A stretch of 64,000 nt of DNA from a virus. Made by a program: the position numbers and the translations under genes. The notes under the pieces are model-generated. The model was not told the DNA's origin and did not search any database. It saw only the letters and a list, made by a program, of their open reading frames with translations. The DNA lies in the IMG/VR virus record IMGVR_UViG_3300049811_000333, positions 16,633 through 80,632 of that record; one strand, 5' to 3'. Below, one piece after another: positions 35,500-45,305 of the stretch (the stretch's first letter is position 1; every line of letters begins with the position of its first letter).

Positions 35500-35957
35500 T
35501 GGCCGATAACTTTGTGACAAACGCAGGGTCCGGCGGCTCCACCTTCGCATCGGACGACGTGGGGAGTGTCCACTACCCACGACTCAAGGCCGTGCCCGGC
35601 ATCGACGGGCAGGCCGGGGATAATGGCCTATCTATCTTCCGGTCCCTCGACCTTGATGAGACGGAAGAGGAAATCAAGGGCTCTGCCGGTGCGGTCTACG
35701 GTTGGTACATCACCAACCTCGCCAGCGCGAAGCGCTACATCAAGTTCTACAACGCCACAGCCGCCAACGTCACGGTTGGCACCACGACTCCGGTCATGAC
35801 GCTGTGCCTGGATGCTGGCCAGTCGGCCAACGTCTTCATGCCGTTTGGCATATACTTCTCCACAGCCATCTCGGTCGCCGCTACTACGGGCCTGGCCGAC
35901 AACGATACCGGAGCCCCAGCCGCAAACGAGGTCGTCGTCAACGTCTTCTACGTCTGA
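35496..35957 (+). CDS. putative virion protein
   Basis: IKGSAG.VYGW...YIKFYN.TA...VTVGTT.P...GI.F.TAI. Confidence 0.65.
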   Translation: MMADNFVTNAGSGGSTFASDDVGSVHYPRLKAVPGIDGQAGDNGLSIFRSLDLDETEEEIKGSAGAVYGWYITNLASAKRYIKFYNATAANVTVGTTTPVMTLCLDAGQSANVFMPFGIYFSTAISVAATTGLADNDTGAPAANEVVVNVFYV

Positions 35958-36043
35958 GGTGCTCCATGAAAATGTTGAGACGTCTCCGCCGTTGGTTCTG
36001 GAGAAGCTCCCTGCGCCGCAAGCGCGCCCCGTAAAGGTGATCG

Positions 36044-36535
36044 ATGCCGACAGCCACTCCCAACTACGGAACTCCCGTAGCTCTGACGATGACGCTGGCC
36101 TCTTTGGCCTCTGACACGAACCTGGTGGCTGGCCGCGAAAGCACGGCCGTCAACAATGGCTCTGCCGGGGCCGACGCTATCGACGCGTTGGTCGGCGGGA
36201 AGATCACCACAGGCACGTCTCCGACCGCGGACCGTCAGATCGAGGTCTGGGCCTATGGGTCCTACGATGCCACGTCCTATTGCGGTGGCGCGTCCGGAAC
36301 GGACGCCAACCTGACGCCTCAGGCCAAGAGCCTGATGCGTCTTCTGACCGTGATCCCGACGTCGGCAACCTCGAACCAGGCCTACACCTTCGGGCCGTTT
36401 TCGATTGCCCAGGCGTTCGGTGGCGTGGTCCCGGAAAAGTGGGGCATCTACGTCGTGCAGAATACTGGCGTGGCGCTTCACGCCACGGGCGGCAACCACG
36501 AGATCAAGTACACCCCCGTCAAGTTTGAGAGCTAG
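36044..36535 (+). CDS. putative virion protein
   Basis: TLASLAS...GRES.AV.N...P.KWGI.V..NTG. Confidence 0.65.
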   Translation: MPTATPNYGTPVALTMTLASLASDTNLVAGRESTAVNNGSAGADAIDALVGGKITTGTSPTADRQIEVWAYGSYDATSYCGGASGTDANLTPQAKSLMRLLTVIPTSATSNQAYTFGPFSIAQAFGGVVPEKWGIYVVQNTGVALHATGGNHEIKYTPVKFES

Positions 36536-36537
36536 CC

Positions 36538-37269
36538 ATGGGCATCTGGACTGGCCCGCCTGCGGGTGCAGGATATGGGGCCTGGAGGCTCGATGGCGCC
36601 CCGTTCCTGACCTTCCCGACCCCGGTTGTGTTCGGTGGCTGGTTCAGGGTGATGGCGACCACCGCTGGTTACGAGTGGCATTTGTCCGGCAAGTGCGGCA
36701 CCAACGCCTACTTCAACATCAACCTTAACCCGCAGAGCTCGTTGTACTGGGAAGTCTTTAACGGCTCTACCATCGATGCGTTGCATTTTCGCGGGTCTAA
36801 CCTCGCCCTCACTCTTGGCCAGTGGTATTTTTCGCTCTGCCGCTGGAACCCGCCGACCGGCGTTCGGCAGCAGACCATCTCAGAGGCAGGGGTCATCACG
36901 CAGGGGGTCGGGTCAACAGCCCAGGGCACCCTAACCGCCATGACCTACATGCAGTTGGGGACGGACAGCAGCGCAACGGGGCGTCTGAATATTGCGGAGT
37001 TCTTCGCTCTCGACCCGGATCCTTTCGGGGCCGATGCGTATATCTCGAACGCGCTCCTGCGGCAGATCGCCTTCAATGGACCGTTCTCAATCCCGCACGT
37101 CGCGCGCTCGGTGAGGCTCTACGTTCCGTTCCGGGACGGAACCCCAAATGGGTTGATCCTCCCGAGAACCACGAGGGCCCTGGCGATGAACTCCAGGCCT
37201 CCCGTCAGCCCGCACCCGCCCGTCAACTGGGTTTCGCCCCGGGAGTATCCAAACCTAGGGATCGTGTGA
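36538..37269 (+). CDS. LamG/ConA-like domain protein
   Basis: LTLGQWYF, NIAEF motifs; beta-sandwich pattern. Confidence 0.5.
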   Translation: MGIWTGPPAGAGYGAWRLDGAPFLTFPTPVVFGGWFRVMATTAGYEWHLSGKCGTNAYFNINLNPQSSLYWEVFNGSTIDALHFRGSNLALTLGQWYFSLCRWNPPTGVRQQTISEAGVITQGVGSTAQGTLTAMTYMQLGTDSSATGRLNIAEFFALDPDPFGADAYISNALLRQIAFNGPFSIPHVARSVRLYVPFRDGTPNGLILPRTTRALAMNSRPPVSPHPPVNWVSPREYPNLGIV

Positions 37270-37270
37270 C

Positions 37271-37702
37271 ATGCGCCGCTTCCTGCCACTCGGCCTCCCG
37301 ATGTTCTACATCCGGCCGGATGCCGATGACACGGACGGAGCCTGGACCAGCACGGCGACCCACCTCTACGAGGTGATCGACGAAACCTCCCTCAGCGATG
37401 CGGACTATATCGAGTCCTCCGCAAATCCCGTCAACGATCTCTGCAAGATTAGGCTCTCCAATCCTTCCGTGACCCCGGCCATGCCGTTCACCGTGAAGTA
37501 CCGCGGCTTCAAGACAGTTGCCACGGGGACGATGGAGCTCAGAGCCCGGCTGCTGCAGGGCACGACGCAGATTGCATCCTGGACGGAGAGTAATGTCCCG
37601 GCAACCCCGACCACGTACTCGCACACGCTCTCGCAGGGCGAGTTCGACAGCATCACCGATTTCACCGATCTCTTCATCGAGCTCCGCGCCAACTATACGT
37701 GA
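37271..37702 (+). CDS. putative virion protein
   Basis: RPDAD...LYEVIDE...D.DYI...SITDFTDL. Confidence 0.6.
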   Translation: MRRFLPLGLPMFYIRPDADDTDGAWTSTATHLYEVIDETSLSDADYIESSANPVNDLCKIRLSNPSVTPAMPFTVKYRGFKTVATGTMELRARLLQGTTQIASWTESNVPATPTTYSHTLSQGEFDSITDFTDLFIELRANYT

Positions 37703-37709
37703 GGCACCT

Positions 37710-37922
37710 ATGGAACCGACCTTCTGGGCCGTCTGGAAAGACGGCATGGATTACCCGAACCTCTACACCGACGAAGCCGCCGCCAAGGCCTTCTGCACTT
37801 CCCAAGCCAAGAAGTACCCCGGCGAGACCAGCTACCTCTTGAAGCTGGGCGTGGTTGGGTCTCTGACCCTGCCGGAAAAGTACAAGAGCACTGGATCCAT
37901 GAAGACCGCAGACGGCGAGTGA
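37710..37922 (+). CDS. hypothetical protein
   Basis: GAGG RBS. Confidence 0.5.
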   Translation: MEPTFWAVWKDGMDYPNLYTDEAAAKAFCTSQAKKYPGETSYLLKLGVVGSLTLPEKYKSTGSMKTADGE

Positions 37923-37923
37923 G

Positions 37924-38223
37924 ATGGCAGACATGGCAACGATTGGACTTCAAGTCGACTATCCGCTCGGCGCGATCACCTCGAAATTCGAGATCGCCGA
38001 CCTCGACATGAGCCGCATCCTCACCGCCTACTCGGCCATGTATGGCCAGGTGGACGATGGCATGGGTGGCATGCGCGACATGACTCCGCAGGAGATCATC
38101 GACCGCCTGGCCATCGAGCTCATCGGCAACGTCAAGTCGAACACCCGCGAATGGGAGCGCGTCGAGCGCCTGAAGCAGGCTGAGCTCGAAGTGCAAGACA
38201 TCCCGGCTGTTAAGGTGGAATAA
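37924..38223 (+). CDS. hypothetical protein
   Basis: ORF in operon. Confidence 0.55.
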   Translation: MADMATIGLQVDYPLGAITSKFEIADLDMSRILTAYSAMYGQVDDGMGGMRDMTPQEIIDRLAIELIGNVKSNTREWERVERLKQAELEVQDIPAVKVE

Positions 38224-39053
38224 TGGCCCTCATCATCCCGACCCCGGATAACGATCTCTTCGAGACGAACTGGTCGGGACGGCCCTCAGCCACGATGGGG
38301 ACACTGGTCACGGCCGGTGGCACCGCCCACACCCTCGGATCGACCTTCACGCAGATTTTTGCCTCAACCTCCTTCGATACGGAGTGGGTCGAGATCATCT
38401 GCCACGGCGTGCAAACGGCAGCCACTGACAGTCGAGCCCTGCTCAACATCTACATCGGCGGTTCTGGTTCTGAGCAGATCCTGATCCCGAACCTCTTGGC
38501 GAATGGCGGCACGATTGCTGCTACCGCCTGCATGCCGAAGGTTTACCGCTTCCCTCTGCGTATTCCGAAGGGATCGCGCATCTCGGCGAAGAGCCAAGCC
38601 TTGATCGTCTCCGACAACGTCTATGTGATCATGAACCTCATTGGTGGATCGCAGCTGGATAGCTGGGTTGGCGCTGGCGTGGAAGCGATTGGCGTTTCAA
38701 CTGCCGCCTCAGCGGGCACAGCGATTACGCCCGGAACCACGGCAGACGGGACCTTCACGTCACTCGGCACGAACACCAACGAGTTCCGGTACATTTACGT
38801 CCAGCACGGCGGCCCGAACGCCGCCGACACGACGCAGAACGCTGGGGCCACTAGCATTGAGATTGGATCCGGATCAACCCTGATCCCCGGCCTTCAGTTG
38901 TTCCTGGCTGGCCTCGAAACCAACGAGAGCTCGAACGTCTATACCGGCTGTGGCCGATGGCGCGTGATCCCGGCCGGGACGGCCCTGCAGGCCCGCCTGA
39001 GGTTTTCCGGAACGGCCGAGGCCCAATATGTGGCGCTCTACGGCGTTTATTGA
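38223..39053 (+). CDS. putative virion protein with internal duplication
   Basis: Two halves ending IPKGSRISAK and IPAGTALQAR. Confidence 0.6.
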   Translation: MALIIPTPDNDLFETNWSGRPSATMGTLVTAGGTAHTLGSTFTQIFASTSFDTEWVEIICHGVQTAATDSRALLNIYIGGSGSEQILIPNLLANGGTIAATACMPKVYRFPLRIPKGSRISAKSQALIVSDNVYVIMNLIGGSQLDSWVGAGVEAIGVSTAASAGTAITPGTTADGTFTSLGTNTNEFRYIYVQHGGPNAADTTQNAGATSIEIGSGSTLIPGLQLFLAGLETNESSNVYTGCGRWRVIPAGTALQARLRFSGTAEAQYVALYGVY

Positions 39054-39061
39054 GGTAGCTT

Positions 39062-39412
39062 ATGGCCATTACAGAAGCCTACGCCGGATCGGCCACGATC
39101 TCGACCACGGAAATCAGCCTTGTGTCCGGGACCGGCACGTTGCAGAGCGTCACGGATGACGGCGTGTACCAGCTTTGGCTGGACTGCAACGCAATCACGA
39201 ACACCGAGACGTTTGAGCTGAAGATTAAGGAGAAGGTGCAGAGCACCGGCACCCAGCGCGTCGTCTTCTATGCCATCATTGGATACGCTCAGGGCAACGA
39301 GCCGAACTTCGTGAGTCCGTCTCTTGTGTTGATGCACGGGTGGGACGTCACATTAAAAAAGCTAACCGGAACAGACCGCGCAATCTCGTGGAGTATTCGG
39401 AAAGTCGCTTAA
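39062..39412 (+). CDS. putative virion protein
   Basis: GAGG RBS; LMHGWDVTLKKL.GTDR.I.WSIR. Confidence 0.6.
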   Translation: MAITEAYAGSATISTTEISLVSGTGTLQSVTDDGVYQLWLDCNAITNTETFELKIKEKVQSTGTQRVVFYAIIGYAQGNEPNFVSPSLVLMHGWDVTLKKLTGTDRAISWSIRKVA

Positions 39413-39427
39413 TAGGGACGGGGAGCA

Positions 39428-41566
39428 ATGAGCAATTGGTTCTTTGATCCCCTCCTTCCAGCGGCGGCCAATTCTCCCGAGCCCGCCAAGCTCCGGGTCA
39501 CCTTTGTTGAGGTTGAGTTTGCGCAAGGCACGGGCACCTTCCCGGCCTCTGGCGCCATTGCCGCCTCCGCTACTGTATCGGCGACCGCAAACGTCAAGCG
39601 CGCGCGAAGCGCGGCGCTGGCGGCCACGGCAACGCAGGTTGTTGCGGCCACAGCGTTTGGTGGTCGCTCGCAGTATCCGGCTCCGCTGCCGTCGCTGTCG
39701 ATGGGCGCGAGCGCTGGTGCTTCGACCTACTCCCGGACGGCGGCCCTTGTCGCGTCCGGAACCCTGGCCGCTACGGCCGGAGTGACGCGTCCCCGGACCG
39801 CAGCTTTGGCGGCCACGGCCGCCACAAACATCGTTGGCGCCCGCTCTCGCGGTCGAACCGCAGCCCTGGCGGCTGCGGCTGCTATTGCCGCTGTTACCGG
39901 TGCTCACCGTCCACGTACCGCGGCCCTTGCCGCCACCGCTGCTGTTTCTGCAGCTGGTCTGCGTGTCGTCCTTCGCTCGGCGACACTTGCGGCCACTGCC
40001 TCCCTTACGTCGGGCCGCGCTGCTAAGCGGGCCGCCTCCGCCACCCTGTCGCTGGCTCTCACACAGCTGTTTGTGGGCGGGGCTTCGAGGCCGAGAAGTG
40101 CCGCGCTGTCTGGCACCGCTTCTCTTGTAACGGCCGCCACAAAGATCGGTTCGCGCAGCGCAGCGCTTGCGGCAACCGTAGGGATCGTGGCCTCCGGAGG
40201 AGCGCGCCGTCCTCGGACGGCGGTTCTCGCGACCACCGCCACTGTGGCCTGTACGGCCCAGCGCAAGCGCCCCGCCGCCGCCGCCCTTGCGGCGACGGCT
40301 TCTGTGGTGGCCACTGGTGTGGCCGGGAAGACCCGGTCTGCGGCCCTGGCTGCAACGGTTGCTCTGGCATCGACGGCCACTAGGTCTCGGGGCCGCTCTG
40401 CGGCCCTGGCTGCAACGGTTACGCTTGCGGCTGCCCGCATCCGGCTCCGGCCGGGATCGGCCGCTATCGCGGCATCCGGAACCCTGACGTCGATTGCCCT
40501 GGCCACGCGGCCTCGTTCTGCGGCGATTTCTGGCGCGGCTACCCTAGTAGCGGCTGCCACCAGGAAGCGGGCCAGGACAGCCGCCCTGGCCACGGCGGCG
40601 ACCATTGCAGCCCTTGCCGGTGCCAAGCGACCCCGGACCGCGGCCCTCTCGGCTGCGGCCACCATGTGGGTGTTCGCGGCGTCCGGCATCACGGCCCTGA
40701 TTACGGCGGCGTCAACCCTAACTGCCGCCCGCACCGTCAAGCGCGCGGTCTCCACCAGCCTGACGGCAACAGCAGCGCTCGCCTCCGCCGCCGGAGCGCG
40801 CCGTCCCCGGACGGCTGCTCTGACGGCTACAGCCACCCTCAGCGCCCAGCGCATCCGGCTTCGCCCCGCCTCAGCGGCGGTGAATGCCACGGCTGCTATG
40901 GCGGTGACGGCGGCGGCGCGCAGGCCCGCCTACGCGACCCTGGTTTCCACCGCTGCCATTGCGGCGACGGTTGGAGCCAAACGCAGCCGGTCCGCAAGCC
41001 TGGCCGCTGCGGCAACGATCTCACTCTCCGTGGGGAACTCCCGGGGTGCTGCCCTGGCCGCATCTGCGGTCCTGGCGGCCTCCGGATCCAGGAAGCGCGG
41101 CCGTTCCGCGGCGCTGGCAACCACAGCCGCCATCTCCGCTGTGGCGTCTCGCTCGCGTGGGCGGTCCGCTGCCCTGGCATCCACGGCGGCTCTGACGTCC
41201 GGACGCGCGGCCAAGCGGGCCGTCGCGGCCGCTATGTCGGCCGCTGCCGCTGCGGCCACCAATGCCGCGCGCTCGCGCGGTGTGTCGGCGTCCCTGGCAA
41301 CCTCTGGCAACATCTCCAGCTTGGAGACGTTCCAGTGGACCAGGTCGGCGTCCCTGGCGGCCTCTGCGGCCATCTCCGCGGACGCCACTCAGGTCTACGC
41401 TCTCAGCTGTTCGATGCGCATCTCCGCCGATCTGAAATGCGGCTGGGGTGAGAGAGCCGAGTTCGCCTACGTCAAGGTCATGGCTCCGTATGTCCGGGCC
41501 TCCATCAAGGCTCCAACCATCGCTATGAAAGTTAGAGCCCCAACGGTCGAGGTGCTGGTGGCATGA
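39428..41566 (+). CDS. Ala-rich protein with about 30 tandem 20-aa repeats
   Basis: Unit R-x-R-[ST]-A-A-L-A-A-T-A-x-[LIV]-x-A... with 20-aa period. Confidence 0.75.
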   Translation: MSNWFFDPLLPAAANSPEPAKLRVTFVEVEFAQGTGTFPASGAIAASATVSATANVKRARSAALAATATQVVAATAFGGRSQYPAPLPSLSMGASAGASTYSRTAALVASGTLAATAGVTRPRTAALAATAATNIVGARSRGRTAALAAAAAIAAVTGAHRPRTAALAATAAVSAAGLRVVLRSATLAATASLTSGRAAKRAASATLSLALTQLFVGGASRPRSAALSGTASLVTAATKIGSRSAALAATVGIVASGGARRPRTAVLATTATVACTAQRKRPAAAALAATASVVATGVAGKTRSAALAATVALASTATRSRGRSAALAATVTLAAARIRLRPGSAAIAASGTLTSIALATRPRSAAISGAATLVAAATRKRARTAALATAATIAALAGAKRPRTAALSAAATMWVFAASGITALITAASTLTAARTVKRAVSTSLTATAALASAAGARRPRTAALTATATLSAQRIRLRPASAAVNATAAMAVTAAARRPAYATLVSTAAIAATVGAKRSRSASLAAAATISLSVGNSRGAALAASAVLAASGSRKRGRSAALATTAAISAVASRSRGRSAALASTAALTSGRAAKRAVAAAMSAAAAAATNAARSRGVSASLATSGNISSLETFQWTRSASLAASAAISADATQVYALSCSMRISADLKCGWGERAEFAYVKVMAPYVRASIKAPTIAMKVRAPTVEVLVA

Positions 41567-41865
41567 GCCTCTATTTCGCTAGGGGGAACGAGATCTCCTT
41601 CGAGGTTTCGTTCCTCGACATCAACCGACAGCCAATGGCCCCGCCGTCCGCGAACTTGTACGTCTCGTACAAAGACGCCGGGGTCCGGACAACTGTTACC
41701 ATCCCCATGACGTCTGCCGGTGGCGGTGTCTTCACCGCGACTTGGGATAGCGCCCCCGCCGATCCCGGCATCATCGAGTGGCACGCCAGGGCTGGCGGGG
41801 GTGACCCCGCCGCTGAGGATGGCAGTTTTCAGCTGATCGCGAACAACGCAAACCCGTCAACGTAA
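41563..41865 (+). CDS. small Ig-like (BppU-N-like) protein
   Basis: RGNEISFEVSF.D...G.FTATWD. Confidence 0.5.
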   Translation: MSLYFARGNEISFEVSFLDINRQPMAPPSANLYVSYKDAGVRTTVTIPMTSAGGGVFTATWDSAPADPGIIEWHARAGGGDPAAEDGSFQLIANNANPST

Positions 41866-42073
41866 CCTCTTGGAGGTTTCGCATGCGTTACGTCGTGAAG
41901 AAGCCGAAAGCATTCGACGTTGAGGACTGGGACGACGACTCCGTCCCTCATGTCCCGGATCTCACCGTCTACGACTCTGACGAGTTTGTCTTCACCGGCA
42001 TTCTCGATCACGAAGGCAATGAGATCCATCGGGCCGACAAGGCTCCGCTGGGTTTCCTCGCGGAGATCCTCGA

Positions 42074-42463
42074 ATGAAATTTGGAATTTCTGGTCGTCGG
42101 AAAGACGTGCGCCGCCTCGCGCCCGTCTTCGACGGGGCCTACACGGGCGCCTCGCCGACCACGCTGTCTCTTGGTGAGTACGGCACCTACATCAAGACCA
42201 GCGGCGCAGGAACGGCCCAGACCGTCGTCCTCCCTGCTGGCGAGTACGTTGGCCAGCGCAAGCTGGTCATCCTCAAGGAGAAGGGCATCGCTGGCGACAG
42301 TATCACCTTCACCATGACCAATCTGGAAGAGGGCCTCATCAAGGCTATGACGCCTGGTGGCGCCACCGCGCTTACCATGAACACCGTCGACCAGTACGCT
42401 CTCTTCGAGTGGACGGGCGCCAAGTGGAACATCCTGTACACGAACGGCACCCTGACCACCTAA
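42074..42463 (+). CDS. putative capsid decoration protein
   Basis: LPAGEYVGQRK...A.FEWTGAKW; upstream of scaffold. Confidence 0.5.
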   Translation: MKFGISGRRKDVRRLAPVFDGAYTGASPTTLSLGEYGTYIKTSGAGTAQTVVLPAGEYVGQRKLVILKEKGIAGDSITFTMTNLEEGLIKAMTPGGATALTMNTVDQYALFEWTGAKWNILYTNGTLTT

Positions 42464-42533
42464 CCGAATTCCGCGGCTTAACGGCTGCGGCCTAACGGAC
42501 GCTCTGCGGCACGCCGCGTGGTCCCCTAGAAAT

Positions 42534-42620
42534 CCTGCCGCTCCGCGATGGGACGGCAGGTCCTCTCTCAACCCAATGCTCTGACGCGATGTCAGTTGCG
42601 AACCGCGGGCGCGAAGCCCG
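42534..42620 (+). promoter_or_regulatory. three tandem hairpins with GCGA(T/A) pentaloops in the scaffold leader
   Basis: 42534-42560, CTGAC-GCGAT-GTCAG 42581-42595, CGGGC-GCGAA-GCCCG 42606-42620. Confidence 0.55.
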
Positions 42621-42638
42621 TAGAGGTAACAACACCCC

Positions 42639-43445
42639 ATGTTCGACTTTCCCTTGACGGTGGACGCGCTCGATGCGGTCCCCGAGAAATACCGTGCGCT
42701 TTACGTGGAAGAGGATGGCGAGTTCAAGCTCGAAGCAGACCTCTTCACCAAGATCGATAAGCTCGCCAAGACCATCGATAAGGAACGCAAGAGGGCCAAG
42801 GACGCTGAGCGCGATGCGAAGTCCTGGGCTGACGTCGGCGACTCCCCCGATGAAGTCAAAGCCAAGCTGGATCAGATCGAGGCCAAGCACGCCGAAGAGA
42901 TCGAGAAGCTCCAGAAGCTGATCGACGAGAAGGGCGATAGCGCCGGAAAGATCGAGAAGATCAAGAAGGAACTGGAAAAGGCCTCGCAGGAAGCCATTTC
43001 CAAGAAGGACCAGGAACTCAAGGACATGGAGAGCACTCTCCGGGTCCACCTCATGGAGTCGGCCGCGAAGGCCGCCATCGCTGAGGAGAAGGGTCGGGTC
43101 AAGCCCCTCCTTCCCTACGTTCTTCAGAAGCTTTCGTTCGTCAAGGAGAACGGCAAGTACGACGTTCGCGTCCTCGATGAGGACGGTGAGGTCCGTCTGA
43201 CAAAAGACGGAAAAGACATGGGCATCCGAGAGCTCGTGCAGGAACTGAAGGCCGATCAGGACTTCAGCGCTCTGTTCGAAGGCACTGGTACCACCGGATC
43301 CGGCTCGAACCCCAAGGGGTCGGGCGGCGGTGGCGGCGCTCCGCAGAAAAACCCCTGGGCCAAAGACAGCCTCAACCTGACTGAGCAGATGCGCCTGCAG
43401 CGGGAGAACCCCGCGCTCGCGAACCGGCTCAAGGCGCAGGTGTGA
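42639..43445 (+). CDS. capsid scaffolding protein
   Basis: Charged coiled coil; C-terminal G-rich linker and NPW.KDS.NLTEQ; precedes capsid gene. Confidence 0.85.
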   Translation: MFDFPLTVDALDAVPEKYRALYVEEDGEFKLEADLFTKIDKLAKTIDKERKRAKDAERDAKSWADVGDSPDEVKAKLDQIEAKHAEEIEKLQKLIDEKGDSAGKIEKIKKELEKASQEAISKKDQELKDMESTLRVHLMESAAKAAIAEEKGRVKPLLPYVLQKLSFVKENGKYDVRVLDEDGEVRLTKDGKDMGIRELVQELKADQDFSALFEGTGTTGSGSNPKGSGGGGGAPQKNPWAKDSLNLTEQMRLQRENPALANRLKAQV

Positions 43446-43479
43446 GCTCGCGGCCTCCAGATAATTCAGGAGAATTTTG

Positions 43480-44451
43480 ATGACCGAAACTCGGTTGTCT
43501 AACATGATCGTCCCGGACCTCTTTAACAACTATGTTATGGAGCGCACGGCCCAGCTGTCGCGTCTGCGTCAGTCGGGGATCATCGCAGATATGTCGGAGC
43601 TTCTGGGCGACAAGCTCGGCGGCACGACTGTGAACATGCCCTTCTTCAAGGACCTGACCGGCTCCGACGAAGTGGTCGACGACACGCAGAACCTGACGAT
43701 CAACAACATCACGACCTCGCAGGACGTCGCGGTGAAGCTGTATCGTGCCAAGGTCTTCGGCGCGACCGACCTGTCGGGCGACCTCGCGGGCGCTGACCCC
43801 ATGGCGGCCATCGCCACGCTCTTCGCTGAGTGGTGGGTGCGCCAGGAGCAGACCACGCTCCTCAAGACGCTCGAAGGTGCCTTCGGCGCTGCTTCGATGT
43901 CCGGCAACGTCCTCGACATCACCGGCCTCACGGGCGCTGCCCAGAACTTCGACGCCGACTCGTTCCTCGATGCCATCGCCAAGCTCGGCGACCATCAGGA
44001 CGAGCTCGCTGGCGTCCTGGTTCACGGCGACACCTACCGCGTGATGAAGGGCCTCGACCTCATCGACTACATCAAGCCCTCGGACGGCGGTCAGCCGATC
44101 CCGACCTGGATGGGTCACTACGTTCTGGTCGACGACACGGCCCCGAAGGACGCTTCGTCCCCGATCAACTACACGACCTACATCTTCGGCAACGGCTCGG
44201 TGGGCTACGCCCAGGCGCCGACGAAGACCCCGGTCGAAGTTGGCCGCGAGCCGCTGCAGGGCGGCGGCACGGACTACATCGTGAACCGCAAGCACTTCAT
44301 CATGCACCCGCGTGGTATCAAGTGGCAGGGCACGCCGTCCGGTCCGACCCCGACGAACGCCGAACTCGCAACCGGCACCAACTGGCTGCGCGTCTGGGAA
44401 AATAAGAATATCAAGGTTGTCAAGTTCGTTCACAACCTGAACCAGGTCTAA
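43480..44451 (+). CDS. major capsid protein
   Basis: TRLSNMIVP.LF..Y, GG.TVNMPFFKDL, DLAGADPM, MHPRG.KW. Confidence 0.9.
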   Translation: MTETRLSNMIVPDLFNNYVMERTAQLSRLRQSGIIADMSELLGDKLGGTTVNMPFFKDLTGSDEVVDDTQNLTINNITTSQDVAVKLYRAKVFGATDLSGDLAGADPMAAIATLFAEWWVRQEQTTLLKTLEGAFGAASMSGNVLDITGLTGAAQNFDADSFLDAIAKLGDHQDELAGVLVHGDTYRVMKGLDLIDYIKPSDGGQPIPTWMGHYVLVDDTAPKDASSPINYTTYIFGNGSVGYAQAPTKTPVEVGREPLQGGGTDYIVNRKHFIMHPRGIKWQGTPSGPTPTNAELATGTNWLRVWENKNIKVVKFVHNLNQV

Positions 44452-44468
44452 GACCTATACATTGAGTT

Positions 44469-44497
44469 GAGGCGGGAGGGTATACCTCCCGCCTCTT
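44469..44497 (+). terminator. strong hairpin/terminator after capsid gene
   Basis: GAGGCGGGAGG-GTATA-CCTCCCGCCTC; weak U tract. Confidence 0.6.
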
Positions 44498-44506
44498 CGC
44501 ATAGAG

Positions 44507-44896
44507 GTGATGATGATTTCCAACCCCAAGGGCTGGAGGAATAGGCGCGCTGCCGCGCTGGTCCGTCAGCAAGACAAGGACGCTCGCCGGGACATCAATG
44601 CCCAGCGCTGGCGCGCTTTCCAGGGGCTTCCCCCCGAGAAGGCCAAACGAGAAAAGGCCGATGGCGAGCTCTCCAGCGAGGAGATCGAGCTTGAGATGGC
44701 CGCTCTGGCCAACAAGATCGAAGCCAATGTGAACGAGCTTGCGCAGATTGTTTCGGATGCGGCTCCCGAGCCCGTCGATCCGGAAACGATGTCGAATGGC
44801 GATCTCCGTCGCGCCATCGAGGCGAAGGGCTTTGAGGTCCCCAAGACGACCGCTCGCGCCCGCCTGATCGAGATCTACAAGGAAAAGGTAGCCTAA
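44507..44896 (+). CDS. hypothetical protein with C-terminal HeH/SAP-like motif
   Basis: MSNGDLRRAIEAKG.EVP..T.RARLI. Confidence 0.55.
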   Translation: MMMISNPKGWRNRRAAALVRQQDKDARRDINAQRWRAFQGLPPEKAKREKADGELSSEEIELEMAALANKIEANVNELAQIVSDAAPEPVDPETMSNGDLRRAIEAKGFEVPKTTARARLIEIYKEKVA

Positions 44897-44897
44897 G

Positions 44898-45305
44898 ATG
44901 GCCTACGCCACCCAAGCCCAAATCGTGACCATGTATGGCCAGGATCTGCTGGATGCGGTGGCGAGCAGAGACGGCAGCGGACGCGGGTCTCCAGAGACCA
45001 TCGCCGCGGCCCTTGATGCAGCGTCAGCTGAAATCGACACCTATTTGAGTGTCCGCTACACGGTTCCCCTTGTCCCGGCTCCCCCGTACATCCAGCAGAT
45101 CTGCGTCGACATCGCCGTGTATCGCATGGCCCTCGACATTGGGCCCCGCACAGAAGAGATGCGTCTGCGCTACGCGGACGCCATTGCGTATCTGAAGAAC
45201 GTCGCTGACGGCAAGTTCGAGCTTCCGGATACCGGCGGCGGCGAAACGCCAGGCGGCGGCAGCGCAGGCACAGGGGCGCGCGTTATTGGCGCGAAGCGTG
45301 GATGA
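44898..45305 (+). CDS. head-tail adaptor (Mu gp36/DUF1320-like)
   Basis: MAYAT...ASAEID.YL..RY.VPL...CVDIA.YR...RY.DAI..L. Confidence 0.85.
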   Translation: MAYATQAQIVTMYGQDLLDAVASRDGSGRGSPETIAAALDAASAEIDTYLSVRYTVPLVPAPPYIQQICVDIAVYRMALDIGPRTEEMRLRYADAIAYLKNVADGKFELPDTGGGETPGGGSAGTGARVIGAKRG

